A stretch of DNA of 63,193 nt, the filler included, from Octopus bimaculoides (Eukaryota): NCBI RefSeq assembly GCF_001194135.2. It is 8 parts of 7 records of this genome, joined end to end, with 100 filler letters (N's around TTAATTAATTAA, not from the genome) between each part and the next. Parts side by side here need not be neighbours in the genome. Positions count along the whole stretch, not along the records: positions 34,527 to 54,654 come from NC_068985.1; positions 54,755 to 63,193 come from NW_026429210.1; 6 more parts are not named here. The stretch is one strand, 5' to 3'. The notes beneath the pieces are model-generated. The model made no database searches. It was not told the origin of the DNA and worked only from the letters and a program-made list of their open reading frames with translations. Positions 50,082 to 63,193 of this stretch are shown here, one piece after another. How positions within the stretch are numbered: position 1 is the first letter of the stretch; each line of letters begins with the position of its first letter. The position numbers were made by a program, and so were the translations under genes.

Positions 50082-51413
50082 GTGTATGTATGTATGTATG
50101 TATGTATGTATGTATATATGTATGTTTGTGTATGTATGCATATATATGTGTGTGTATGCGTGTGTGTGTATGTGAGGGAGAGAGAGAGAGAGAGTGTGTG
50201 TGTGTTCGTGTGTGTGTGTTCGTGTGTGTGTGTTCGTGTGTGTGTGTATTTGTGTGTGTACATCTGTCTCCTTATGCGTGCATGTCTGAGTGTGTCTGCG
50301 CATAGGTTTTTTGCGACTATGTACGTGCGTCTGTCATGTATGGATGTGTGTCTCCATAAGTGTCCTTGTATGAAGTGTGCGGGTGTGTATATGGTCATGT
50401 GTTTCAGTTTTCATTTGCGTATGTATGTGTGTGTGTATGCTTGTCTGTCCATATTACCTATGTACCTGTCTATCTGTATCTCTATCTATTTACATTCATA
50501 TCCATTTACCTACATATACATGCATATACATATATATATAGATAGATAGATAGATAAAACTTACTTGGAAATGGATGCGTGGCGTTCGATCATATAATAA
50601 TATAAATAATATATAAGTATATGCATATATACATACATATATGTACATACCTACATATATATGTATATATACATGCATATGTGGGTACAGGACATCAAAA
50701 AACGTAGACAAATGAGAAACGAGAACATAAAAAAACATAGAGAACGAACTTTTTTTCGAACAACGGAAAAATACAAAATGGGACAAGAACGCAAAACATC
50801 CAAGTTCTTTGTATCGTCTATCTGGATGTTTTGCGTTCTTGTCCCATTTTGTATTTCTTTTATATANNNNNNNNNNNNNNNNNNNNNNNNNNNNNNNNNN
50901 NNNNNNNNNNNNNNNNNNNNNNNNNNNNNNNNNNNNNNNNNNNNNNNNNNNNNNNNNNNNNNNNNNNNNNNNNNNNNNNNNNNNNNNNNNNNNNNNNNNN
51001 NNNNNNNNNNNNNNNATTATTATTATTATTATTATTATTATTATTTCTAAAATCTCTGTGAAGAAGATTTGTTAGATTTCGTATGGTAACAGATGGCACT
51101 AAAACAAAAGGGGTGATTAAGTGCGTGGAAGGAATTAATCTTCATGTGTTGCATGTTTTGCAAGTGATTATATCCCTGCCAAATGGTTTCGGTTTCAGTC
51201 CCACTGCGTGGCACCTTGGGCAAGTGCCTTCTACTATAGCCTGGAGCCGACCAAAGCCTTGTGAGTGGACTTGGTACAACAGAAACTGAAAGAAGCCTGT
51301 CGTGTACAACTCTCTCACACACACGCATACACACACACGCATACACACACACGCATACACACACACATGCACACACACAAACACACTCACATACACAGTC
51401 ACACACACGCATA

Positions 51414-51471
<58 letters not shown>

Positions 51472-54350
51472 AATGAATGTATGTATATGTGTGTCTGTGT
51501 GTGTGTTTTTCTGTATGTGTTTGTCTCCCACTACCGCTTGACAACCGACGTTGGATTGTTTACGTCCCTGTAATTTTGCGGTTCGGAAAACAGACTGATA
51601 GAACAAGTACTAGGCTTTAAAAAGATACGGACTATAATTTATTTGGTCGTCTAATCACTTTACGGCAGTGCCGCAGTATGGCTGCAGTCCAATGATTGAA
51701 ACAAGTAAAAGAGAAAAAAATATTATCTAAGAATATGTACTGGAATGCGTGTAAACACTCAGACACATATTAATAGCATCCTGTATACACGTAACAATAC
51801 ATTGCCGGCAATACATTGTAGAGTTGTAGAGTGTACGTTTTAAAGTGGCTTAAAAATAATTGGCTGAATTAACGATATAAGCATTTTATATGAGAATTAC
51901 ATATTGGTAATTGTATATGGATAAATGTGTGTATACACATGCGTAAAGTATTTGTATTGAGTTTAATCAATTAAAATTCATATATATATTAGGTGTATAC
52001 CTAAATGTGCATATATGCAAGATTATACGAATTTGATATCATTTTTACCGGTGCCGTTGCGTCTTGCTGCGGTTGGTCTTACCTGTTGCACAATTGGCTG
52101 TTCGTTATATATTGTAAATTCAGCCTAGGTTAGTATGTATTCTTATCACCATCGCAGTAAATCAATAACAACTACGCTACATGTATTTTACATGTACTTT
52201 ACATTTTGCAATTTAGACTATATTTTGTACCTTATATTATGCGCAGTTTGTTGAATTTTACATAATATAACTTGAATACAAGTGCCCAAGCCAGGTCTCC
52301 CGCCCAGATGGTAATGTATGGGGTTTTTTTTACCACTGCTCACGATGACCGCGAAAATGGTCGTAGGCGCTGCTCTTTTTCTTCTGGTTAAATCATTATA
52401 AATGCAATCCATACTGAATTTTAAAAAAAAACTCAGTAGATATCACTGTATTCCAGAACAGGATTACTTCGATAGACTACGTCCAGCGTAGGATGGCTTG
52501 AATAAAGAGTGAATACTGAATTTTTATTCTTAAACGATCAGTGAATTTATTGTCGGAAAAAAATTATGGAAAACTGTCACTGGATGAGTAGAAAAGGTTA
52601 ATTCAATATAAGTGAAGACCTAGAAGTCGACACCGACTCATTGAGTGGGTAGCGACTCAGGGCGGGCCGAGAAGGAAACAAATTAAGTTATTAAAGAAAA
52701 GAGAGCAGAGGATGGTTACATGAGAGAGAGAGAGAGAGTTGTGAGGATTAATGGACTGAGAAGGAGTAAGGAGGAAAGTCAAAGAAAAGGAAGAAAGAGA
52801 GAGAAAGTGTGATTTATATGCTTGAGAAGTAACTTCAAATAAGTATCTTACGCCTTATTTGCATCTTTATCGAAATCATCCCTTTTATTACTTTCTGGTT
52901 ATATCATCGCCATTCTACTTCCGGAGGTGACTGTACATTTAATCTAAATTAAATCTGATATTTTTGTGCATGTGTGTGNNNNNNNNNNNNNNNNNNNNNN
53001 NNNNNNNNNNNNNNNNNNNNNNNNNNNNNNNNNNNNNNNNNNNNNNNNNNNNNNNNNNNNNNNNNNNNNNNNNNNNNNNNNNNNNNNNNNNNNNNNNNNN
53101 NNNNNNNNNNNNNNNNNNNNNNNNNNNNNNNNNNNNNNNNNNNNNNNNNNNNNNNNNNNNNNNNNNNNNNNNNNNNNNNNNNNNNNNNNNNNNNNNNNNN
53201 NNNNNNNNNNNNNNNNNNNNNNNNNNNNNNNNNNNNNNNNNNNNNNNNNNNNNNNNNNNNNNNNNNNNNNNNNNNNNNNNNNNNNNNNNNNNNNNNNNNN
53301 NNNNNNNNNNNNNNNNNNNNNNNNNNNNNNNNNNNNNNNNNNNNNNNNNNNNNNNNNNNNNNNNNNNNNNNNNNNNNNNNNNNNNNNNNNNNNNNNNNNN
53401 NNNNNNNNNNNNNNNNNNNNNNNNNNNNNNNNNNNNNNNNNNNNNNNNNNNNNNNNNNNNNNNNNNNNNNNNNNNNNNNNNNNNNNNNNNNNNNNNNNNN
53501 NNNNNNNNNNNNNNNNNNNNNNNNNNNNNNNNNNNNNNNNNNNNNNNNNNNNNNNNNNNNNNNNNNNNNNNNNNNNNNNNNNNNNNNNNNNNNNNNNNNN
53601 NNNNNNNNNNNNNNNNNNNNNNNNNNNNNNNNNNNNNNNNNNNNNNNNNNNNNNNNNNNTAGATAGTTAGACACTGTCAACAACGCGTCACAATTAGTAA
53701 CCCATCGACATCAACACATAATATCAGCAGTACCAATTCTATTGTTTCCGTCTAATATTTCTGCATAGGTTTTCTTTCGTGTGGACTTTCACACTGTCAA
53801 TCGCCTACGTAAACTCTCCAGTAGTTTCCGTTTCTCCACCTTTTCTCCTTACTACGGTCTATCACCGGTGCACCTATCCAATCCTTACTCATAAAAACAC
53901 CAACTGCCAGGAAATTACGTGTACCACACACTCTTCCTAAAGCGATTAAAAAAAAAATCAGCAGAACAAGTGTTGCAACACAATGATGGGTTTGCATATC
54001 GCAGCACGTCGAAGGGTGGGAAAACTGAATGTTGATATGTTTGAGTGTGCGAAAGTTGGTCTGTCAGTAAGATAGGTTCTTTCTCATTTTATTTTATTTA
54101 TTTTTGGTTGTGTGTCGGTGTTGGCAACTAGATATATGCGTGAATGCATGCCTATGTGTGCGCGCAGCGATATATTGGTTTGTATAACATCAATATTAGT
54201 GGGTGTGTCTTCGTGCGGGGAGTATTACAACTAGATTAAAGATAATACGTACGCGCGCGCCCGTGTGTGTGTGTGTGAAACAACTACATTAGGGTTTGCG
54301 TGTGTAGAAGCTACGTCATCCTAGACAGAGGAGCTGTACTTTATTGTAGA

Positions 54351-54420
54351 CTAGCAGAAATACCCAGCTTTGCCCGGGTTAAAGAGAATAATGAAATCTA
54401 AAAACGCCGTCTAGACTACG
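54351..54420 (-). mobile_element. Helitron 3' terminus
   Basis: Minus strand: hairpin ACCCGGGCAAAGCTGGGT, then TTCTG-CTAG|T. A similar terminus lies at 58850-58880. Confidence 0.55.
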
Positions 54421-55019
54421 CAACCCTCAGCTGTTAGTAGCTACGATACCATATTTCTACATTAATAACTCTCCAATCCATGCCAGCATGGAACATAGAC
54501 ATGAAGTGGAATGCCAGTCTCTCATCTAGGAGGGCCTTGAAATCAATGTTACCAACTGGGGACTATGTGTGTCGTAGTGATAATAAAAAGACCCAAAGGA
54601 GGTCTGCAACGAAATAATTTTACTCAACACTTTGCAAGTGAATCAGTGGAGGCANNNNNNNNNNNNNNNNNNNNNNNNNNNNNNNNNNNNNNNNNNNNTT
54701 AATTAATTAANNNNNNNNNNNNNNNNNNNNNNNNNNNNNNNNNNNNNNNNNNNNTTACCTAAACAATGACCCCAAGTACAAAACAGAAGGGACCACAAAG
54801 GAAGGACCTGATGCATAAGTATAGTTTAGGGCCCCAAACCAGACTGATTCCTTGTTAGTTTCTAAATAACGGTTTCTTCAACTTCAACTTTTCAGAAATT
54901 AATTTTCAAAGGTCCAGATTAAGATTATTTTCATAAAATTGAGAATGAACATTTTGAAGGAGATTTTTATCCTCAACCCACACTTCAGAGTGCAGGTAAA
55001 CCTACTAGCGCCTTGATCA

Positions 55020-55300
55020 GCTATGAATCTGGTGACACACAAGTCCGATTGGCTACATCTTCACTAGAAAGCAAGATAGGAAGATGATTGGGAATGGACA
55101 GTTCTTCCCTGGTAAAGAATAGACTTAACAACATAGGTTGGCAGTTAGTGATTTGAGACTTAGGGCTTGAAGGTCTGAGAGATTTCCAAGAAACTTTGGG
55201 ATCGTTAAAACAGTTGGAGATGTGATGTACTAATTAAGGCCTTGGATGAAAAGGAGGAGATAAAGGACAATTGGAAGTTCCTATGAGGCATCTCATGTAG
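55020..55300 (+). mobile_element. RTE-like LINE AP-endonuclease C-terminal fragment
   Basis: PIGYIFTRKQDRKMI...FPGKE..QHRLAVSDLRL resembles the QIDY..PGE..QHRL motif. Contains stops. Confidence 0.5.
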
Positions 55301-56808
55301 AGATACAGGACAAATCTGTGACTGATGCAAAATGCGGGGCAGGTGAAGGGTGATGTAATGGTTGAACAAGGAAGTATACGGAACTATAAAAGCAGAGACA
55401 TCTTGAAGGGTTTGANNNNNNNNNNNNNNNNNNNNNNNNNNNNNNNNNNNNNNNNNNNNNNNNNNNNNNNNNNNNNNNNNNNNNNNNNNNNNNNNNNNNN
55501 NNNNNNNNNNNNNNNNNNNNNNNNNNNNNNNNNNNNNNNNNNNNNNNNNNNNNNNNNNNNNNNNNNNNNNNNNNNNNNNNNNNNNNNNNNNNNNNNNNNN
55601 NNNNNNNNNNNNNNNNNNNNNNNNNNNNNNNNNNNNNNNNNNNNNNNNNNNNNNNNNNNNNNNNNNNNNNNNNNNNNNNNNNNNNNNNNNNNNNNNNNNN
55701 NTTGTATGATTGAAAATAAAGAGGCATGGAAGGGCAAATAAGAAAGGAAACTAAATATGGAGAATGAATATGAGAAAGTGTTTGTAATGTGAACATATGA
55801 GACGGTCCTATATTCAGATGGCTTCCAGTCTTTCATGTTAGATTAATTTTATTCAACTCTCTAATACCATTGACTGTTCACCAATATTTAAAGTTTTTCC
55901 TGAATGAAGGAGACATAAAAAAATATCTTGAAATGTTACCTGAACACCTTGTGTACCAATGTTTATATTCACAAAGTTGCAGACACTGATCTTGTGATGT
56001 GTAAAATGTTTGCTGCTTAAAGGCATCATATAATTTTATCTCTTATACGAAGTATTTCTGGCCCTAACATTCATTTGTTCCTTTATCTTTCAATATATTG
56101 CTATCGATATTACACACATTTCATCATCATTTAATGTCTCTGTTCCATGCTGGCATGGGTCGGACAGTTTGACAAGCATCAAACGAGTCAAGGACTGCAT
56201 TGGTCTCCCATGTCTGCTTTGACATGGTTTCTATGGCTGGATGCATTTCCTAATGCTAACCACCTTACATACTGTACTGTGTGCTTTTCTCGTGTCATTG
56301 TTATTACTAAGGGCACAATATACTTCACAGGTGAAGAAACCCGGAGAGGGAAGGTGTTGCCGCTATAAAGTAGGTAGGGGTAAGACTATGAGGGAAGGGT
56401 TTGGAGCAGAGCAGGTTGTTGTGGAGGAGTTACATGGCTATTTACATTCAGGAGAAAAAGTCGGACTGAACTAGACATATCTCCGAGCAGATTAGGCACT
56501 TGAGGCAGCAGGGGCTGTAGCTGGGAGGGGTAGTTATGGTCTGCTTGTGTGAGTGTGAGGTTGGTAACATCTGTAACGATTGAGGGGGAGGGGTACACGA
56601 GTTGGGAAGGCTACAGGGATACTAGAGGTATGGTTTTGACAATGGGGAGCACACATTTATATATGGGGTTACATATATATGTGTATGTATATATATGTAG
56701 TGAAACTACCTATCGTCACTAGATACAAAACTACTATCGCCATTACATACATTCTTCTCATTTAAATATAAATAAATGCGAGCGTAGTAGAGAACCCATT
56801 CCTTGTCC

Positions 56809-56953
56809 ATCACGTGACTGATCATTATTCGAATCGGCAACTTCTTCGAACCGTTCCCGCCAGAACGCAAACTGACCAATCACGGCCCCTAATAAGGTCA
56901 CGTGATAGAGTAAAATTCTGAAGCCATTGGGAGCCCATAGTTTGTTATAAATA
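56809..56953 (+). promoter_or_regulatory. Pol II promoter-like cluster: two TCACGTGA E-boxes, CCAAT, CArG, TATA
   Basis: ATCACGTGAC 56809-56818, CCAAT 56876-56880, CCTAATAAGG (CC[A/T]6GG) 56888-56897, GTCACGTGAT 56897-56906, TATAAATA 56946-56953. Followed by a GC-richer leader and an ATG at 57032. Confidence 0.55.
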
Positions 56954-59299
56954 GCTTTAACTCATACCCAATAATTTGTCTCGGTCCAGTTTCGCAGCCA
57001 GCGACCACTTCAGCAGCTTCGTCCAGCCACGATGACCTCCGCCGTCGCCACATCAGCAACAAGAGTCTACTACTANNNNNNNNNNNNNNNNNNNNNNNNN
57101 NNNNNNNNNNNNNNNNNNNNNNNNNNNNNNNNNNNNNNNNNNNNNNNNNNNNNNNNNNNNNNNNNNNNNNNNNNNNNNNNNNNNNNNNNNNNNNNNNNNN
57201 NNNNNNNNNNNNNNNNNNNNNNNNNNNNNNNNNNNNNNNNNNNNNNNNNNNNNNNNNNNNNNNNNNNNNNNNNNNNNNNNNNNNNNNNNNNNNNNNNNNN
57301 NNNNNNNNNNNNNNNNNNNNNNNNNNNNNNNNNNNNNNNNNNNNNNNNNNNNNNNNNNNNNNNNNNNNNNNNNNNNNNNNNNNNNNNNNNNNNNNNNNNN
57401 NNNNNNNNNNNNNNNNNNNNNNNNNNNNNNNNNNNNNNNNNNNNNNNNNNNNNNNNNNNNNNNNNNNNNNNNNNNNNNNNNNTGACTCTTTCTATTTGCT
57501 GTAAACACTCATACACACATGTATCACTCACATACACACTTTTCTTTGTACGACGGCCTGTCTTTGATTATGTTCTTATATGTCGCATTCACACTCACAC
57601 ATAGACATACATCTTTAACACTACAATAAATATCTCTGTTATTCATCTAATACGGTTGTGGTCTTTCATTACTGGTCATCTATGTTATCGTCGCATAACA
57701 TATCATGTATATCATCCATTGATATATAATTGTGTGTTCGACCGTGTGACACGTTTAAATAAAAGGAGTCCTCTGTTTTTCCATTCGTCACCATTTCTCC
57801 CTTTTTGAGTTCGCACGGTCGTCCCTTACATATATATATATGTGTGTGCGTGTGTATGTATAGATTCGAAAGTAACCCCATACAAACTGTTTATATTTGG
57901 AGAATAAAATTTGGATTACTTCAAAAGATGAGCATTTAACTGAAATTTATTTGATGTTATAGTGTTGATATCATAAGTGTTATAAAAAAAAATCTGACAT
58001 GGACAAACATCTATATATGCCACACACAAAATAAATTCAAAATCTGGAAGAAATTATTTGTATCAAAAATATCACAGAGGCCAGTTATCTGAAGGCAGTG
58101 CTCCAGCATGGCTGCAGTAAAATGACTGGCAGAGGCGTCAGAATAAAAGACTACACATGGAGCAATGGACATATAATACAGTGCTGGGAAGTTGTTATGC
58201 ACAACTATTCCATTTGTTTTCATGTAGGACTGAATCTAGACTCACTGGCTCGTGATTTTCTATTTCATAAAGAAGGAATTTGGACAACAAACCATGTTTC
58301 TCCATGCTATAAGAGGCAAGGAAGAGGGGGGCATCAAGAAAACTTAACAAAACTGTAAACAACACTTTAAAAAATAGAGCTACAATGAACGGATCAATCT
58401 AACCTGAATTTTGGCAGAGATTAAAATGCCTGTTGTAATGAAGTGTCACATTTATACAGTTATGTTCCCATATAAATACAAACGTGTTTAGTTAAGACAT
58501 TACTTTGCGAGAATGATCTAATGTAGATATCATAATTCACTTTAGATATTTGGACCAAGATGGTATAAAGAACAGCATAAATTAGAAACAACTGGAAGGG
58601 TCTGGTGAGCAGGGAAGTAGATCAACATTCGTCGGCAGAATGGTCAATGTAGTTAGATAGAAACTATTCTCATGGCACAGAGCAATATAGTTTCTTAAAG
58701 GGTGATAATTAGACTTTGCTGCTTGAAATATTTCAGGTGAGGAAATACGCATTAAACATGCTTCCCACTTGATGTTCATATCTGGTTCAATGTCCTTTGC
58801 ATGAATTTCTCTTAATCAGTTGATAACAATAATAGATTTATAATACTTACTAGCAAAGACACCCAGCATTGCACGGGATTCAGTCATGTAACTGGCCATG
58901 CTGGTGCGCAGCTTTTAGTCAAACAAATCAACCCCAGGATTTATTCCTTGTAGGCCTAGTACTTATTCTATTGATTTGTTTTGCCAAATGGCTAAGTTAT
59001 GGGGACCTAAACACAGCAAAATTGGTTGTCAAATGATAGTGGGAGTACAAACACTAGATATATATATATATATAATTGGAGCCTGGTGTAGCCATCTGGT
59101 TCACCTGTCCTCAGTCAAATTGTCCAACCCATGCTAGCATGGAAAGCGGACGTTAAATGAGGACGATGATGACATTCTTCCAGTGTTCGCTACCTTACCT
59201 CGTCTGGCCTAACAGCCTTCCCTGTTTGTTTTTCGTTTCATTTGGTTTGTTGTATGTCCTGTTTTTGTTACCAACTTTGACCCACAAATCCTAAATTTA

Positions 59300-59725
59300 T
59301 TTTGGTCTGCAGGAGCAATTGTTTCTAAAAGACACATATTGCCATGAATTGCTCAAAATGTGGAGTAAATAAACAGCCAACAACTGATGAAGGGTCGTTT
59401 TTTATGTTACTTGTCTTGTTTTCCATTTGTTTCTCTCGTTGTTCATATACCCAGGTATACCTTCATATTTCATGTTGTTTACATTTTGTGATGTCCTGTA
59501 CCCATATATGCATTTATATATATATATACATATACATATGTAAGTACATATGATAGATCGCTAGCCACTACACATTCTTGTTTTCTCATCTTGTTTCTTT
59601 CTGTGGAAGAGCGTAGGCTCGAAACGTTAAAGACTTTTTCACTTCCCGAGCGTTATACTAATATATCTGTTTGTTTTTTTACACCACCTGTCTGTTGTTT
59701 TTTTTTTTTGTGAATTCTCCCCCTA
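59300..59725 (+). mobile_element. Penelope-like 3' terminal (pLTR-like) remnant; same family at 381-510 and 13040-13218
   Basis: Shared block CTTTCTGT(G/T)GAAGAGCGTAGGCTCGAAACGTTAAAGAC...GTGAATTCTCCC, with CTGATGAAG upstream at about 59385. Confidence 0.5.
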
Positions 59726-60499
59726 CATACATATATATGTATGTATATATTTTATTATATATATATATATACACATACACACTTTAACCTTGTTGGACGC
59801 CCAGTTGGATGAAAAATAAGACCCATCAAAGGCCAAAGGAACTCCTGAACAGTCAACAGCCATCCATATCTATAAATATGTATATATCTTTTTTTGTTTC
59901 TTATATTTTTAATTTTATATATATATTATTTTATATTCTTCAATTGCATATCTTTTACTTTTTTTATATTTATATGTTATCTATATACAATTCTTATTTA
60001 CATCTGGAAATCACATTGTTTTGGAGTTTTTTTCTTCTTTTACGAATGAGCAACTGTGCATCGGTTACAATAGTGATATTTGATCATTTTATAGAGTGTT
60101 CGATGTCTGGAATGGGATGGCTTACCTCATGGGCAGGTAGAATCTCTTTAACCTTAGTTGGTAATCTCCGAAATAAAACCTGAGGCCTTGGAAGTTCCTG
60201 GTTTTGCCAATTTTCATGTCACATCAGCCAATAGGTGGGGGTAGTGCAGTGCAAGCTACACCCACTGAAAATTATTCATCTGCACAAGTACTTCCTGTCC
60301 AGTAAATCTTAGTAAAATCATTGAATTGATTGGTTGGCAGAAACCTAAAAATGCAATTGTAACTTACTCTAAAATGTCTCAAACAGATTCAGTAAATGGC
60401 AAAAAAGGCTTGGGAACATCAGGGGAACGGGTTTGGCTCGTCAGGTGTTCCAGTGTATCACAGGCTGGACACGGTCATCATCCTACCACTGTGGTCAAA

Positions 60500-63170
60500 C
60501 AATCTTCAAGAAAAAGTAAAAATAAGCATCCTTTCAATTTTTGAAATCTGCACACACTTCTTGATAATTTCACGAAGATGCCAGAAGGGCGTACTGCACT
60601 TATTGCATGTGAGCATAAGAAATATTCCCTTGATATAGTTGCGCTCTCTGAAACTCGTCTCTCTGGTGAGGGTCAAGTAATTGAACCTACTTTGGAGAGG
60701 CCTACTTAAGGGTCAGTGTAGAGAATCTGGTGTTGGGTTTGCTCTCAAGAATACATTAGTATCCTCCATTGCAGAGCTTCCAAGTGGTATATCTGACCGG
60801 ATCATGTCATGCCGTATAAAACTGACAAAAGGTACGTTTCTTACCATTGTCAGTATTTATGCACCAACAATGTCTCATTCTGATGAAACTGTAGGATAGT
60901 TTTATCATGATCTGGCACAATTATTGAGGAAAGTACCAATTTCTGACAAGCTGGTCATATTGGGAGATTTCAATGCAAGAGTTGGAAAGGATTATGTTTC
61001 ATGGCCTGTTTTAGGTCGACATGGGATAGGAAAATGCAATAAAAATGGAGCAGCTCTTTTGACGTTTTGTACTGAGAAGAATCTGGTTGTCACCAACACT
61101 GTTTAAGCAGAAAAATGAATATAAAACCACCTGGATGCACCCAAGATCTAAGCACTGGCATCTCGTAGATTATATTTTGATCAGAAAACATGATATGAAA
61201 GATGTTTCTAGCATTCGGGCCATGAGGAGAGCAGAGAGCTTGAACATGGAAATATAAATTTTTCGATAATGCCAGAAAATCGACAGTCTGGTCCTAAGGG
61301 ACCCAAAAAAGTTGAATGTTGCAAACTTCAAATTACGAAACAACTTGCAAAGATTCCATGATGCTATAGAAAGTATTGATCTTAACCCAAACAATCTATG
61401 GGAAGATTTCAAAACAAAATTATTTCAGGCTGCAAGTTCGTCAGTGAGATTTCAATCACGTAAATCCAGTGAGTGGTTCTCAGGGAGATCGGCAGGAATT
61501 CATGATCGACTTTTAGAAAAAAACAAACCTTAGGCAATACACTTCGTTCTCAGTCCTTGAACCCCAACTCAAACGAAAAGGAAAGTACAGACTACTCTAA
61601 GGAAAATTAAACAGGAATGGTGGAATAATAGAGCAAAAGGGGTACAAGAAGCAGCTGATAGAAAGGATGCCAAGCGTTTCTACTCTTATGATATGGCCCC
61701 AAATCTTCCTCAGTAGCTCCAGTGAGAACAGCAAATGGACGTTTGCTTCTATTCATAAGTGTTGGGTAGAACAGTTTCCTGCACTTCTGAATAGACCATC
61801 ATCTGCTGACATGAGGACGATAGAAAAAATTGAACACCTTCCAGTTATAGAAGAGATGGCATTAGAACCAACTCTAAACGACATTTATTTAGCTGTGAAT
61901 AAGCTGAATAACAAATAAGTCTCCAGGGTCTGATGGAATCTGTGCAGAGGTCTTGAAATATGGGGGTGACAAAATGTTTGAACTCTTAAATATATTAATC
62001 TGTCACTGTTGGAGAACTGAGAAAGTGTCTCAAGAATGGATTGATGCCATTTTAGTCTCCTTGTATAAATCAGGGGCCAAAGGATCTGTGTGGTGATTTT
62101 CATGGGATTTCGCCTTTGTCTGTCGTTGGAAAAGTACTTGCCCACATTTTGTTAGAACATTTAAATACCTTCGTAGTTCCAAACATAGTGTCTGAGTGTC
62201 AGTGTGGTTTTCGTTCCTCCAGGGGCACAGCTGATTGTATCTTTACTGTCAGACAATTACAAGAAAAGTGCATTGAACAAAATCTTGCTCTATACCATTG
62301 CTTTAAGCAAAGCATTTGATATTGTTAATCGAAATGCTCTCTGGCTAATTCTAAGGAAAATAGTTTCGCAGAAAAATTTGTAAACATGATGAGGGCTTTG
62401 CATCAAGAAATGGAAGCTAGAGTTAATTTTAGTGGTCGGCTCTCTGAATCTTTTGCTGTGGAAAATGGAGTAAAGCAAAGAGACTTTGATGCACTCACCC
62501 TCTTTGCAACATACTTTGTTGTTGCATTGTGACATGTTTTTCAAAAGTCTGAGGAGGGTATTTACATGAAATATCGAACAACGGACAATGTTTTTAATCT
62601 GACCAGACTGAAATTGAAAATGAAGGTTTTTACTTCACTCATTAGGGAACTTTTGTATGCTGACAATTGCGATTTTGTCAGTCATTCTGAAACGGGTCTG
62701 CAATCTCTTGTATCTACATTTGACTCAGCCTGTGATGATTTTGGCTTGACCGTCAACTTGAAACAAAAAAAAAAAAACAGTTGTAATGCATCAACCTGCG
62801 TGTGGTGTTGTTTGTAACCCCACTAAAATTTTTGTTAAGGATAAGTTGCTTGAGGTTGTCGATTCGTTCATCTACCTTGGAAGCTCTGTTCCAAAATTAG
62901 GGAAATTCTCATACAGAAATACAGCTGTGAATTCAAAGGGCAGCAAAAGCATTTGGTGGCTTGGAGTCCCGCATTTGGTGCCAGCGACATATAAATAAGA
63001 ATACAAAGCTGGCTCTTTACAAATCATTTGTCTTACAGTCCCTGTTGTATTCCTGTGAAACTTGGGCTTGTTATGAAAGGCATTTTAAATTGTTAGAACA
63101 GTTTCACCAAAGATGCCTTCATCACATTTTAAAAATTAAATGTTTTTTTTTTTACTCCAAACACAGATAA
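60500..63170 (+). mobile_element. Near-full-length degraded RTE (BovB-like) LINE: AP endonuclease + RT
   Basis: Broken ORFs: DIVALSETRL, ESGVGFA, IVSIYAPT, LVILGDFNARVG, QCGFRSSRGTAD, ELLYADN, FIYLGS, LLYSCETW. Many stops and frameshifts. Confidence 0.9.
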
Positions 63171-63193
63171 CCTTTAATTGAGGTGATGCAGGC

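Noticed and set aside
58228-58358. Possible exon (+) LNLDSLARDFLFHKEGIWTTNHVSPCYKR
   Set aside because: An acceptor and open frame only, unidentifiable and without a clear donor.

Overview
Eukaryotic, AT-rich, repeat-dominated draft-genome sequence. The SINE/LINE families and microsatellite load suggest an octopod cephalopod (inference, not verified). Seven identical 100-bp spacers (44 N + TTAATTAATTAA + 44 N) show that the window is about 8 small scaffolds joined artificially, so adjacency across spacers is not biological. Two host coding exons are recognisable: an internal GRHPR-like D-2-hydroxyacid dehydrogenase exon (14604-14774, +) and the first coding exon of a TBK1/IKKe-like kinase (17843-17944, -). 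The rest is mostly decayed mobile DNA: several Penelope-like elements (RT and GIY-YIG), RTE, CR1, Tx1 and R4/Dong-like LINE pieces, Helitrons, mariner, hAT, piggyBac and Tigger pieces, and several SINE families. Nearly all ORFs in the supplied track are microsatellite or N-gap artefacts. Best lead: a Penelope-like element whose 3' terminal region carries a tRNA-like Pol III head followed by a degenerate hammerhead-like motif. That module also occurs without the ORF, in inverted configurations. Other leads are a perfect 70-bp palindrome, a compact CCAAT/CArG/E-box/TATA promoter and several hairpins. I cannot establish a new biological system from sequence alone.
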